Shown one piece after another: positions 1 through 9,589 of a DNA stretch of 44,463 nt. The stretch lies in assembly GCA_043803945.1 (NCBI GenBank), contig JAZDJN010000082.1, positions 1 to 44,463 on the forward strand. The letters run 5' to 3'. The position numbers and the translations under genes were made by a program. This DNA is from a bacterium (lineage in GTDB: Bacteria > Bacteroidota > Ignavibacteria > UBA10030). Position 1 is the first letter of the stretch; each line of letters starts with the position of its first letter. The notes beneath the pieces were generated by a model that saw only the letters and a list, made by a program, of their open reading frames with translations, was not told the origin of the DNA and searched no databases.

Positions 1-235
1 GTGCAATATACAACATCATCATGGGGCTCCGCAAGGGGGTAGGTTTTCACTACATGAGCTTTTCTGTCATAATAAGTGAAAGCAGAGCTCAATGACCAAA
101 AAATATTTTTTTAGACCATACGACTGTCGAACTTGGGCTAACAAGTTCAATCTGTTCGGTAAAGAGAGAAGGGATTATCCGGTGCAATAATGCTCCGGGC
201 ATTCAACTTGCTTATTTCTGAGAAGGTAGGCCTTT

Positions 236-586
236 ATGCCGTACGATTACAAAGAAATTCTCCAAGTCGTTAAAGAGAACTTGCAGAATATCAACACCAC
301 CTCTGACCTGGCAGAGATTCTCAACATACCGCAGGAAATACTCAAGAAGACTTTTGCACGCTCTTCAGAAAATGGACTTGGCATAACCATAGATCTCCTC
401 AAGATTGAAGAGATGAAGCGGTTGTTGATTACCACCGATATGAAATGCCTGTCAATTTGTATTCAGGTTGGATTGAGAGAAGATAGCGGGTCACATTTTT
501 CCGAAGGCATACCGGCACTACGATGGAGAATTTCCGTACGAAGCATCGTGCTGGGGGGGTGTACTGAATCTCGTGAGCATAGATGA
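236..586 (+). CDS. Stand-alone AraC/XylS-type HTH regulator, apparently frameshifted near its 3' end
   Basis: Pattern DLAEILNI...LKKTF...KIEEMKRLLITTDMKCLSICIQVG. Adding one T to the T5 run at 496-500 restores the AraC-like tail HFFRRHTGTTMENFR, with a stop at 565-567. Confidence 0.7.
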   Translation: MPYDYKEILQVVKENLQNINTTSDLAEILNIPQEILKKTFARSSENGLGITIDLLKIEEMKRLLITTDMKCLSICIQVGLREDSGSHFSEGIPALRWRISVRSIVLGGCTESREHR

Positions 587-640
587 CCGGCACCTTTCAT
601 GCATTAGACGCGTTTAGGTGACGGTCATCTCATCGCTTAG

Positions 641-690
641 GGTCGGGAGCGGACTTGTCCCGACGTTTTTTGTCGGGAGCTCCCTCCCAG
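641..690 (+). repeat. REP-like palindrome, family GGTCGGGAG..CCCTCCCAG, with an inserted hairpin
   Basis: The same ends recur at 3558-3583, 29999-30023, 30117-30142 (inverted) and 32988-33056. Confidence 0.75.
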
Positions 691-838
691 CATTGAGATA
701 GGGATTGAATTATTCCGTGTAGTAGATCCCCCGCTTGCGCTTCGCTCTACCGGGCAGGCCGATAGAAGCATTCGGGGAACACTAGAAAGGTTCCTGGACT
801 TAATTATTACTGATTACCTCCTTCTTAGCATACATACC

Positions 839-887
839 TTTTCATTTTGAATTTTACACTTTTACTTTTTCATTTTGAATTCCTAAT
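839..887. repeat. Degenerate 7-bp tandem array (7 units)
   Basis: TTTTCAT TTTGAAT TTTACAC TTTTACT TTTTCAT TTTGAAT TCCTAAT. Confidence 0.7.
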
Positions 888-890
888 TGA

Positions 891-3290
891 TCATTGAATC
901 TTCCATTCCGCAACACCTGTCGATCCTTTGCCCGCATTGATGTACAGACGAACTCTATTCGTCGTCACCGGATCGAACGTGCAATGATTCCACTTATCGA
1001 CATCTACACTGTACCCCGACGGGTTTTGTACCTCAATCCATTTCGAGCCATCCCAGAATTGCATTGTCCATGAAGCAGGAGCCGAGATGCCTTCATTATC
1101 AACAAACCAGTAGATCTCTGTACTGCTGATGGTGTACTGCTTATCGAAGGTGTACTGCACCCACTCCGACTTCTTATGATCCCAGTTGCCGTAAATCAAT
1201 CCGCTCCGGTCGTTGGAATTCTTCGGCTCTACCTGGTCGTTCAATCCATACACCGATTCCCAGGAAGAACAGAAGGAGGTCGAAGGCCTTGCATTATAGG
1301 AGATGGGAGAGATAATAACCGGCTGACGGTCGTGCATCCACACAATCGAACGACCGCCGCGATTATTACGGAGATAGTTTGGAATTGCCATTATCGGCGT
1401 ACCATCGGAAAACGTACTCTTAATAACAAGCGATCCTCCAAGCAGCTCACTCTTCCACTCCGTCGAAAGAGTCGCATCCGGATTCAGGATGAGTTTATTG
1501 ACATCACCGTCGGCATAATCGACATTTTCAATATTGTAGACCAATGGTCCATATTGTAGTGCTACGCGGCCACGCGTTGAAAAGACCGTATCGATTGCCT
1601 TTACACGCTGGACCTTCATCGGCAATACAAGATCGATTTTATCCCCCGCTTTCCATGTACGATTGAGAACAAGATAGCCATTGCGGATAACTGGAGTGAT
1701 CTTCTTTCCGTTTACGGCGACAGATGTAGCTCCGTTTACTTCGGGAAGAGTGGAATAGAGTGTGCTCACATTGCGGTTCGGTATGCGAACTCGTACTGTG
1801 AATAACTTCGCGGACCTCGGTTTTAGAGCGATGGAGATGTTTCCATCCCATGGGTATCGTGTCGTCTGGACCACTTGAACCGCTGTGCCGCTGATCTGGC
1901 CAACGTCAACCGTACTGCCGACGAAGAGATTAATTGTCAATTCTTTTTCCGATTTCGAGTACATCCATGTCGGCAGTTGCAGCAAGGTGCGGGGAATGTT
2001 TCCAACACAGCATGGACAAACATGCCATTTGTAGCGGTCGTGCGACTGATCGAGAGGATTGGTGTAGGTAAAATTCTTTCCATCAAGATCGAGCGAACCG
2101 AGAATGCCGTTATAGAGTGCAAGCTCCATCAGATCGGCATACTTCGATTCTCCGTAGGCAAGATTCATCTTATGCTGCCAGAAGAGCATCCCGCAGCCGG
2201 CACACGATTCGGTATAGGCGCTTGTAGGAAGCGAATAATTCTTGCCGAATCCTTCCGATGTTTCGCCTGTTCCCACACTACCTGTGACATACAGTTTTTT
2301 GTTCACAACGTTATCCCAGAGTTTGTTCACGGCATGGTAGTACGCTTCGGAGCCGGTAAGAATGGCAACATCCGTCATGCCGGAATATTGATACACTGCA
2401 CGCACAGCATGGCCGACGGCTTCATCCTGTTCCACAGGGTATTTATGACTCTGGTCATATTCGCCGTCCCCTTTGCGTGAATCAAGCAGAAATTTTGCCA
2501 GCTCAATGTATTTCTCTCCTTTTCCCTTTCCCTCTATTGTATTCACGAAGCGGCCAAATCGCGCCAAGGCCTGTTCCATTTCCTGATGGCCATCCCACCA
2601 AACCTTCTTTGGGGCGGGACCGATATTCTTATACCAGCAATCGGCTAATCGTTTTGCTGCATCAAAAAATTCCTTCTCCTTGCCCCCTGTAAGAGTGTAA
2701 TGGGCAATGGCAACTTCGAGGAAATACCCTGCAACGTACCCTTCGTGATCGCCTCTGCGCGTCCAGTGAGGAAGTCCCCGCAGCGTAAATGAAGTTTGGA
2801 AGTAACCGTCTTTTTCCTGTGCCTGAAGGATAATCGGAATCCACTCATTGATTTTTGCACGGATTTCTTTTTGTACTTTGATGATTTCCTGATCGTCCTT
2901 GGGATCGACCATCAGTGCGTAGCACATTGCTTCGAGCGTATTGAAGACATAAGCATTTGAGAAAACGTAGCCCCGATGACGTCCAGCGGGGAGACCTTTT
3001 AATTTCTTTCCCGCCTCGATGATATTGTTCATCCCTCCTTCTTTCAGAGAGGTATCATCGAGCATGGTATAGCAATGCGGTATCCAGTTGACAATGGTGT
3101 TTTTGATCCTGTCGTTCCAGAACTGGCTGTTGATGGTGTAGTGTGAGAAGGTAACAGGAGATTGAGGTTTTGGAGTTTGTTGTTGAATTGACTGTGCGGC
3201 TGTTGATGAAACAAAGAAGATCAGTACCAGAGAAACGATTATGGTTCTGAACCAGATTGGTGTGTAACGAAGGTGAGTATCAGTGGGCAT
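891..3290 (-). CDS. GH127 (DUF1680) beta-L-arabinofuranosidase-like glycoside hydrolase with C-terminal discoidin/CBM32-like domain; secreted
   Basis: Motifs HEGYVAG, GHQEME, AVGHAVRA, ETSEGFG, YTESCA and CPCCVGN (Zn/Cys nucleophile set of GH127). N-terminal signal peptide and GGAG RBS. Confidence 0.92.
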   Translation of the reverse strand: MPTDTHLRYTPIWFRTIIVSLVLIFFVSSTAAQSIQQQTPKPQSPVTFSHYTINSQFWNDRIKNTIVNWIPHCYTMLDDTSLKEGGMNNIIEAGKKLKGLPAGRHRGYVFSNAYVFNTLEAMCYALMVDPKDDQEIIKVQKEIRAKINEWIPIILQAQEKDGYFQTSFTLRGLPHWTRRGDHEGYVAGYFLEVAIAHYTLTGGKEKEFFDAAKRLADCWYKNIGPAPKKVWWDGHQEMEQALARFGRFVNTIEGKGKGEKYIELAKFLLDSRKGDGEYDQSHKYPVEQDEAVGHAVRAVYQYSGMTDVAILTGSEAYYHAVNKLWDNVVNKKLYVTGSVGTGETSEGFGKNYSLPTSAYTESCAGCGMLFWQHKMNLAYGESKYADLMELALYNGILGSLDLDGKNFTYTNPLDQSHDRYKWHVCPCCVGNIPRTLLQLPTWMYSKSEKELTINLFVGSTVDVGQISGTAVQVVQTTRYPWDGNISIALKPRSAKLFTVRVRIPNRNVSTLYSTLPEVNGATSVAVNGKKITPVIRNGYLVLNRTWKAGDKIDLVLPMKVQRVKAIDTVFSTRGRVALQYGPLVYNIENVDYADGDVNKLILNPDATLSTEWKSELLGGSLVIKSTFSDGTPIMAIPNYLRNNRGGRSIVWMHDRQPVIISPISYNARPSTSFCSSWESVYGLNDQVEPKNSNDRSGLIYGNWDHKKSEWVQYTFDKQYTISSTEIYWFVDNEGISAPASWTMQFWDGSKWIEVQNPSGYSVDVDKWNHCTFDPVTTNRVRLYINAGKGSTGVAEWKIQ

Positions 3291-3430
3291 AGTTGCTCCG
3301 GGATTTATTCAATCAGTGAGATGGTGAGAGAATGATCTGCACGGTTGAATATAAAGGGCACGGCCTTAGAAGGCAAGTGCTTATGAGGTCATGGGATGTT
3401 TTTATCCATTTATGATCCGGAGCAGGATAT

Positions 3431-3763
3431 TGTCATCACCGAATGCCCGACTCAATTCTGTGAATCGAGTCGAGATCTCGACGAAGTCGGGTTTCAATCG
3501 GCCTGACTGCGTGTCTGCCACGATGGACACGCAGGATATCTGGAAAAAAACATTTGCGGTCGGGAGCAGGAGCTCCCTCCCAGATTTATTGATTCATCCT
3601 GATCTAACCGTTCCCTCTCTATTGGAATTCGATGAGAAGGGAACGGTTAGCTCTCTATTCACTATTTTGATCGCAGCGAGTAGGTATTGACGTGGCGTCT
3701 GGAGTTAGCTCCTGACGCCTTCGCTGTTTCCTTTGTAGCTGTCAGGACATAAGTCCTGACAGC
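3431..3763. repeat. Intergenic cluster of palindromic REP-like elements
   Basis: Hairpins at about 3431-3502 (nested), 3558-3583, 3604-3650 (CTAACCGTTCCCT..AGGGAACGGTTAG), 3694-3719 and 3738-3763 (GCTGTCAGGAC-ATAA-GTCCTGACAGC). Confidence 0.7.
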
Positions 3764-3773
3764 ACCGCTCAAT

Positions 3774-5555
3774 TTATTTTGATCGCAGCGAGTGCTTACC
3801 GCCTTTCTCTGAATCGATCGTTACCGTATAGGGGCCTTTCCCTTCGACAATCCAGCGCACATACACAGTGCCCATGCCGTTAATGCTTTCCAACTCAATC
3901 CGCTGGGGATTGTGCTTCTGCTCTGTTGTCACTCCCGTAAACCGATTCTGGACAATGAAAGCGGCAACCGCTTTGCCTCCCTCGATCGTCACCCAATCGT
4001 GCCGGGAGATGTCGTTCCGTGCGTCCTGATTCGTGCGGGTAGGAATGATCCTTGTATTCCGGACAACGGCATTCACCTCAGTCAAGCCACCGGCAAGAGA
4101 TCTTGTATAGATACTGTCGATCTCTACTTTCGGTGTATGATAGAGATGGAACAGTGTGAATGCCATGTTGCGATGGCAGAGATCTTCAAGCATAAACGAT
4201 GGTGCTGTGCGTGTCCATGCCTTTTTAAATCCGCCAATTTCTATTTCACCGTACACAGGGTGATTATATTTTTTCCATGGCACAATTCCTTCTTCAAAGA
4301 GCAGGAGTTTATCGAAACGGTATTGATCGGTTCTGCCGGATCCACGCCCTTCTGTGCCTGTTTGTGGAGGTTTGCGGAAATAGTCGAAGCTCGTCCAGAG
4401 TTCATTGGAGAATGTAATGATGCCTCGGGCACATGCAAACCAATCGATTTCACCGCCATAGACGGTATACAAATCGCGGTAGAGAATCATATACTTGTAC
4501 CCCGGCAGCATCTCTTCACCGACTTTGCCGAGATTATCATACGTTTGCACATCGGTACCAGAGAAATACCGAAGATCCTGTTCAGTACCGGGTCCGCGAA
4601 GAATCATGCCGCCGCTGTTATGGTACGATTGCGCGGCTGCAATGTTCGGCCGGGAAAGGACAAATTCTGCAATTGAACGATTCTCCGGGAAGATAAACGG
4701 ATACCGGTCGGCACCGCTCTGAATATACCGGGGCGCCCAGTTCCATGCCCAGTCACGATTGGGATCGTACGAACCGGGACCATCCTCATTCACTTCGCCG
4801 TCGCCATCGTTGTCGATTCCCTCGGAGCCCAGCAGTGTAAATTCACCCTGCTTGCCCGCCTCCACCGGTACCATGATACGCGGATCGTCCGGATCGGCAA
4901 CATACCGGCCGTAAGGATCCCTGATGCGCATTTGCGTGATATTGCCATCGCCGTCGAGATCATCGGGACCGTCCTCATCAATCAGGCCGTCACCGTCATC
5001 ATCCCTCGGATCGAGGCCGCTGCGAGGCGAGCTTGCTGTGTTTGGTTTGTGAATGAAATGATCGCGCGCGTCAGGATTAATGGTCGGCACAATGTAGAGT
5101 GTTTTCTCATCGAGCAAATTCCGTATCCATTCCACCTTATCATACAGCTCCGTGACGTACCATGCCGTATACAGTGCTACTTCGGAACCCTGAATTTCAT
5201 TCGAGTGAATATTGCCGTCGATATACATCGCCGGTTTTTTATCGACGTCCCCTTTTTCGAAATTCGACACGGTGATCATCCACATGTCTTTCCCTTGGAA
5301 CGATTTTCCGATGCTGCTCACTTTCGCAAGCTTGGGGTACGCCTTTTCGATCCGCTTCATGATTTCATATAACTGCTTTGTATCGTAGTAACGATTCCAT
5401 GCAACTTCTACTTTGGGATTGTTGGGTGCACCCATGGCTTTCAGTGCACTTTCGGTAACATCCTTCTTCACCTGCGCCTGCACTCCTGAACTCAGAGCCG
5501 CAAGAACGATGCACGAAAGGATGAAGATGCTCACTACAGAGGCTATTCGTTTCAT
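3774..5555 (-). CDS. Secreted M14 zinc carboxypeptidase-family protein (intact active site)
   Basis: HSNE Zn motif, INPD, DPNRDW, SYHN (third ligand) and SNELW (catalytic Glu). DxDGDG acidic Ca-binding-like repeats and a signal peptide. Confidence 0.92.
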   Translation of the reverse strand: MKRIASVVSIFILSCIVLAALSSGVQAQVKKDVTESALKAMGAPNNPKVEVAWNRYYDTKQLYEIMKRIEKAYPKLAKVSSIGKSFQGKDMWMITVSNFEKGDVDKKPAMYIDGNIHSNEIQGSEVALYTAWYVTELYDKVEWIRNLLDEKTLYIVPTINPDARDHFIHKPNTASSPRSGLDPRDDDGDGLIDEDGPDDLDGDGNITQMRIRDPYGRYVADPDDPRIMVPVEAGKQGEFTLLGSEGIDNDGDGEVNEDGPGSYDPNRDWAWNWAPRYIQSGADRYPFIFPENRSIAEFVLSRPNIAAAQSYHNSGGMILRGPGTEQDLRYFSGTDVQTYDNLGKVGEEMLPGYKYMILYRDLYTVYGGEIDWFACARGIITFSNELWTSFDYFRKPPQTGTEGRGSGRTDQYRFDKLLLFEEGIVPWKKYNHPVYGEIEIGGFKKAWTRTAPSFMLEDLCHRNMAFTLFHLYHTPKVEIDSIYTRSLAGGLTEVNAVVRNTRIIPTRTNQDARNDISRHDWVTIEGGKAVAAFIVQNRFTGVTTEQKHNPQRIELESINGMGTVYVRWIVEGKGPYTVTIDSEKGGKHSLRSK

Positions 5556-5571
5556 GGCTATTCTCCTTTCC

Positions 5572-7500
5572 TTAGCGCAGCGTGATGGTTTCAGTTACTT
5601 CACCGGTCATCGGACTTTCCGCTGTGACCTTTACTGTGGAGCCGGGTTTTCCGACAATCAACCAGGTTGTCGTTGAATATCCCCCGCTTCCTTTAATGGG
5701 AGAAAGCCGCTGCTTTGCGCGGCCGTTTGCCAACGATTGATCTTTGGCCAGATCGAGAGTCAGATAAACATTACGCGGCCACCGTGCACGAACACCGATT
5801 GCACTGTTTGTGGGTAAGTATCCCGCATTCACTACATCAAGCGAGAGCCGGTACACCGACTCATTCACCTTTTCCACTTTGATATTCTTTAACCCCACTG
5901 TCGGGAGTTGACCGGCAAGATAGGTGAGAAATTTATTGTACGGTTGTGAAAAAGAATTCAGGCTGTCTGCAGGGGGATTGGCTAGCACATAGGGCTTGAT
6001 ACCTCCAACCTCGACATCACGATCCGGAAAGTCCGGGTGCTTTACCTTTGTCCATGGGACAAAGACATCCTTGTATCCATTCGCTTCGTACCATCGCAGC
6101 ACCCGTAACTGATCGGCTGCATCGTCGGGCACTTGCTGTTCTTGCAAAGAGGCCTGGCCTGTTTGAAATCCACCGGTTCGGCCCATCTGCCGCATGCGGC
6201 TTGCCATCCCTCCGCCGCTGGTTGTATCTCTCCTTGCACCGCGGTCGGGAGGTGCCCACCATGGCCTGACAGAGAATGACCATCGGCCGGTATGATAATA
6301 GACCCATTCTGTAAAATTTCCGCTTGCCTTCTTTGCTGCAGGCGCCTCACTCAGTTTGGTGAGATCGAGGAATTGTTTACTGATATAATCATAGTAAGGA
6401 GCATCGTCGGTAAGCACTGATGTCACACCACGCGAAGCCTGGCTTTGCGTTGTAGTCGTTGGGGTTGTGGGTGCTGAGCCTCGCTGCGTGAACATTTCCG
6501 TGCCGCCACCTCCACCACCGCCTCCTCCTCGTGTTCCACCGCCACCACCTGTTCCTCCTCCTCCGCGCCCGGTGCGTCCTTCAGTTCCTGCTGTAGCTGT
6601 CGGTGCTGCTATTTGTGCACCCGACCCTGTTCGCCAGGGTGTTGTCAGGTTGTCGGTAGAAGAAAATGAAAAGACTGCTGCGATATTTGGTTTCGAGAAT
6701 ATAAATTGGGCGATCGATCTCGACTCTGCTTCGGAGACCTGATAGATCCCGGCATCGGTTTCGAAGAACTGGTAATTGAAGGGGAAGTTCTTGTTGAAGT
6801 CTACACCGCCGACACCATCTTCATTCCACTCATCATCCTTGTCATTGTCGATGCCTTCGGTGTAAAGGAGGTATTCACCTTTCTCACCCTTTGTCTGGTC
6901 CGCTTTCTTCATCAAACGCGGATCATCGGGATAAAGCATCCATTCGCCGCGGGAATCTTTCACCCTCATCATGGTGATGAACCCATCTTTGTTCACATCG
7001 TCGACATCGTCTTCATCCGTAGCACCATCACGATCATCATCGTACGAACGGTAATTGGTCGATCGCTCTGCGAGCGGCTTGGCAAAATACGCTTCCGTTG
7101 CATCGGGCGTAACCCGTGGAATGATATACACCGTTGTCGATTGAAGCAATTTGGTAATCTTCTCATCCTTGCCGAAGCTGTTCACCAGATGCTCGGCATA
7201 CCTGAGTGCCAATTCGCTGCCGGCAATCTGGACTGCTTCTGTTCCGCCGACAACCAGCATCGCGCGGTCATCATCAGGATTGCCTTTGCGAATAGCAAGA
7301 GCCCAGATGTCGCGGCCTTTAAGTGTTTTGCCGATCGATTCAAGCTTAACGATATCGCTATGTGCCGATGCCAGGGTTTTTATCGCTTTGGTCATCTCAT
7401 CATAGGGATAGTACTTGGATGGAATTCCCTGACCGGAGAGCGTTGCTGCACAGAGCAGCACAACCACCAGCGGGGAAAGGAAACGGGTAAGGATTCTCAT
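5572..7500 (-). CDS. Secreted M14-family paralog with degenerate active site
   Basis: Colinear with the downstream M14 (SIGKT..GRDIW, VTPDA, DDDRDG, VDFNKNFP), but HxxE, the third His and the catalytic Glu are replaced. Contains a Gly-rich insert. Confidence 0.85.
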   Translation of the reverse strand: MRILTRFLSPLVVVLLCAATLSGQGIPSKYYPYDEMTKAIKTLASAHSDIVKLESIGKTLKGRDIWALAIRKGNPDDDRAMLVVGGTEAVQIAGSELALRYAEHLVNSFGKDEKITKLLQSTTVYIIPRVTPDATEAYFAKPLAERSTNYRSYDDDRDGATDEDDVDDVNKDGFITMMRVKDSRGEWMLYPDDPRLMKKADQTKGEKGEYLLYTEGIDNDKDDEWNEDGVGGVDFNKNFPFNYQFFETDAGIYQVSEAESRSIAQFIFSKPNIAAVFSFSSTDNLTTPWRTGSGAQIAAPTATAGTEGRTGRGGGGTGGGGGTRGGGGGGGGGTEMFTQRGSAPTTPTTTTQSQASRGVTSVLTDDAPYYDYISKQFLDLTKLSEAPAAKKASGNFTEWVYYHTGRWSFSVRPWWAPPDRGARRDTTSGGGMASRMRQMGRTGGFQTGQASLQEQQVPDDAADQLRVLRWYEANGYKDVFVPWTKVKHPDFPDRDVEVGGIKPYVLANPPADSLNSFSQPYNKFLTYLAGQLPTVGLKNIKVEKVNESVYRLSLDVVNAGYLPTNSAIGVRARWPRNVYLTLDLAKDQSLANGRAKQRLSPIKGSGGYSTTTWLIVGKPGSTVKVTAESPMTGEVTETITLR

Positions 7501-7781
7501 ACGATGACTCCGATAATAGTGAATGAAGGAGTTGTTGATTATCCGGATTAGTGTATAGAAAATGTGGTATTCAAGCCCATTTTGAATGAAGAATAAACGT
7601 AAAATAGTAGCAATAGTTGCTTGTCTCCAATATAGGATTATCGCTGCCAGAATGCGACTATCTAGGGCACGCTCCCAAAAAGAAATCTTGTGTTTTGAGA
7701 ACCACCTTCAGGATAGGGCGCGAGCATCCCCTCTATTGGCGGGACTTGTTTCCACAGTAGGTTTCGCGAGTACACACAAGA

Positions 7782-9293
7782 TCATTGAGTGGAAACGGCA
7801 CTGGCCAGATCCACTGTGGCAAGGAAGAGTAATCGCGCAAGGTCTTCCATGATTTCCGGTGTGCAATACTCCGGCAAATCTTGTGTTGTGTGGTATGTCG
7901 CCACGGGCACAGGAGGCGAGCCGTAGACACCAAGCCCAACGCTCGGAATATTCGCCCAGAGGAAATGTGCCAAATCCTGACGCGGCCGGGCAATGTTGGA
8001 TGTGAAGCCGGTCGATATCTCACGATGAATATACGCTGTGTTATTCCGATCGAAAGCTTCCCAGATCTGCGGATAATTCTTTCCGGCACTCACCGAAATC
8101 TTTTCTCCCCGCCCAACACTCTCAAGGTTGATGAACTTTGTCTTCTCATTCTGGAAGGCCGGATGCTGCACATAATACTCCGATCCCTTCACTCCCTGCT
8201 CCTCGGCTCCAAAGAGAATGAATGCCACCGAGCGCTTTAAGGAACTCCTCACCTTCGAGAGCGCCCCTGCCGCTTCCATCAATACCGCAACTCCGGACGC
8301 GTTATCGTTGGCGCCAGGCATGAGCTTATGATTCAATCCGACATGGTCAAGATGTGCGCCGATGAGGATTACTTCGTTCTTCAGCACCGGATCGGTCCCC
8401 TCAATCATGGCAAGCACGTTCAACCCTACGCCTTCCGGATGATGTTCCGTCTTGCACGTGATCGTTGCAAGTTTCCCTGTCGCAAACGAAACCGGTTTCA
8501 ATTCTTTTTGAATGCTTCGAACCATGTCCCTGTGTTTCTTTCCGCTGCCGCGGAAGATATCGTCGACGACAACCTGGCTTACATGGGTGAGGATGAAATT
8601 TTTCTGCCAGGCGCAATTCGGATTGACAATATGATAATTGTAGATCATTCCTGCTGCGCCATGAGCGTTTGCGTTATTAACTTTGTAATCGTGGAAGGAA
8701 TAGGGGCGCCACTTCTTGAACAATTCCACATCCGGATCTGTTGAGACAGGAACCTCGCGATCCATCATTACAATTTTTCCTTTGACATCGATCCCCTCAT
8801 AGTCGTCGTACTTCAATTCTGGAGCAGTGATGCCGTACCCGACATAGACCACCTCGGCGGTGATACTGCCAGCGTCGGAGGTTGAGCCGGGATAGAACTC
8901 CTCCTCATACACGTACGATTTTCTCACCGTATCCTGCTTGCCAATCGGAAGATGAAGAATCATTTCAGCGCCGGGAAATACCAGTGTATAGGGATTGGGA
9001 AAGTGCTGAAAATATGTCCCCTTATCCCCTGACGGTTGTGTTCCCCATTGCTTCAAGAGATCGGCCATCCATTGCGCACACGCGTTGTAAGCGGGAGTAC
9101 CTGTCAATCGTCCCTGGTACTTTTCCGATGCAAGTTCCCGGATATACTTATCGATAGTATGGCTGGAGATACTATGCATTGCAGGGAGCAATGCTTTATC
9201 AACTGTAACATTGTTCGTTTGAGACAAGAGAAGGGACAACGCAACTACGGAACATTGAACAAGAAGGAGTATGCGGAATATCAACCGTTTCAT
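7782..9293 (-). CDS. M28 family aminopeptidase with PA domain; secreted
   Basis: GRLTGT, GAHLDHVG, PGANDNASG, GAEEQG and YHT motifs, plus PA motif VYVGYGI..DDYEGIDVKGKIV. Start moved to 9293 (GGAG RBS, signal peptide). Confidence 0.92.
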   Translation of the reverse strand: MKRLIFRILLLVQCSVVALSLLLSQTNNVTVDKALLPAMHSISSHTIDKYIRELASEKYQGRLTGTPAYNACAQWMADLLKQWGTQPSGDKGTYFQHFPNPYTLVFPGAEMILHLPIGKQDTVRKSYVYEEEFYPGSTSDAGSITAEVVYVGYGITAPELKYDDYEGIDVKGKIVMMDREVPVSTDPDVELFKKWRPYSFHDYKVNNANAHGAAGMIYNYHIVNPNCAWQKNFILTHVSQVVVDDIFRGSGKKHRDMVRSIQKELKPVSFATGKLATITCKTEHHPEGVGLNVLAMIEGTDPVLKNEVILIGAHLDHVGLNHKLMPGANDNASGVAVLMEAAGALSKVRSSLKRSVAFILFGAEEQGVKGSEYYVQHPAFQNEKTKFINLESVGRGEKISVSAGKNYPQIWEAFDRNNTAYIHREISTGFTSNIARPRQDLAHFLWANIPSVGLGVYGSPPVPVATYHTTQDLPEYCTPEIMEDLARLLFLATVDLASAVSTQ

Positions 9294-9403
9294 GTATTGT
9301 TCTCCAGCAATAACAAGTTCTAAGGGAAATGATGGACGTTCCATACTGGCAAATTTTTCTTAGAATCTCAACCGATAGAGCAATTTTTGAGCAAGGTCCA
9401 CGG

Positions 9404-9473
9404 TTTACTGTTTACCATTCCCTATTCACTATTTACAATTCCGCATTCACCATTTCCAATTCCTCATTTACAG
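9404..9473. repeat. Degenerate 7-bp tandem array (10 units, TTY[A/C]CNN-like)
   Basis: TTTACTG TTTACCA TTCCCTA TTCACTA TTTACAA TTCCGCA TTCACCA TTTCCAA TTCCTCA TTTACAG. Confidence 0.8.
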
Positions 9474-9505
9474 CTATCCACAACTTATCCCCATCGTTGT
9501 GCACA
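9474..9505 (+). promoter_or_regulatory. Three tandem DnaA-box-like 9-mers upstream of dnaB
   Basis: CTATCCACA (9474), TTATCCCCA (9485) and TTGTGCACA (9497), against consensus TTATCCACA. Confidence 0.5.
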
Positions 9506-9589
9506 AAAAATATTCATCCTTTAAGATTATTGATTCAACCTTTGTGACTTCTTTCTTTTTTCTTATCTTAGGAGCAAAGGAAATGAGCA

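Noticed and set aside
3391-3690. 99-aa ORF in the GH127-M14 intergenic region
   Set aside because: It is composed of palindromic repeats and has no protein-like motif.
6706-7551. Long antisense ORFs (also 3912-4676, 9986-10594, 14440-15117, 39620-40267 and others)
   Set aside because: They overlap well-supported genes on the opposite strand and have no motifs of their own.
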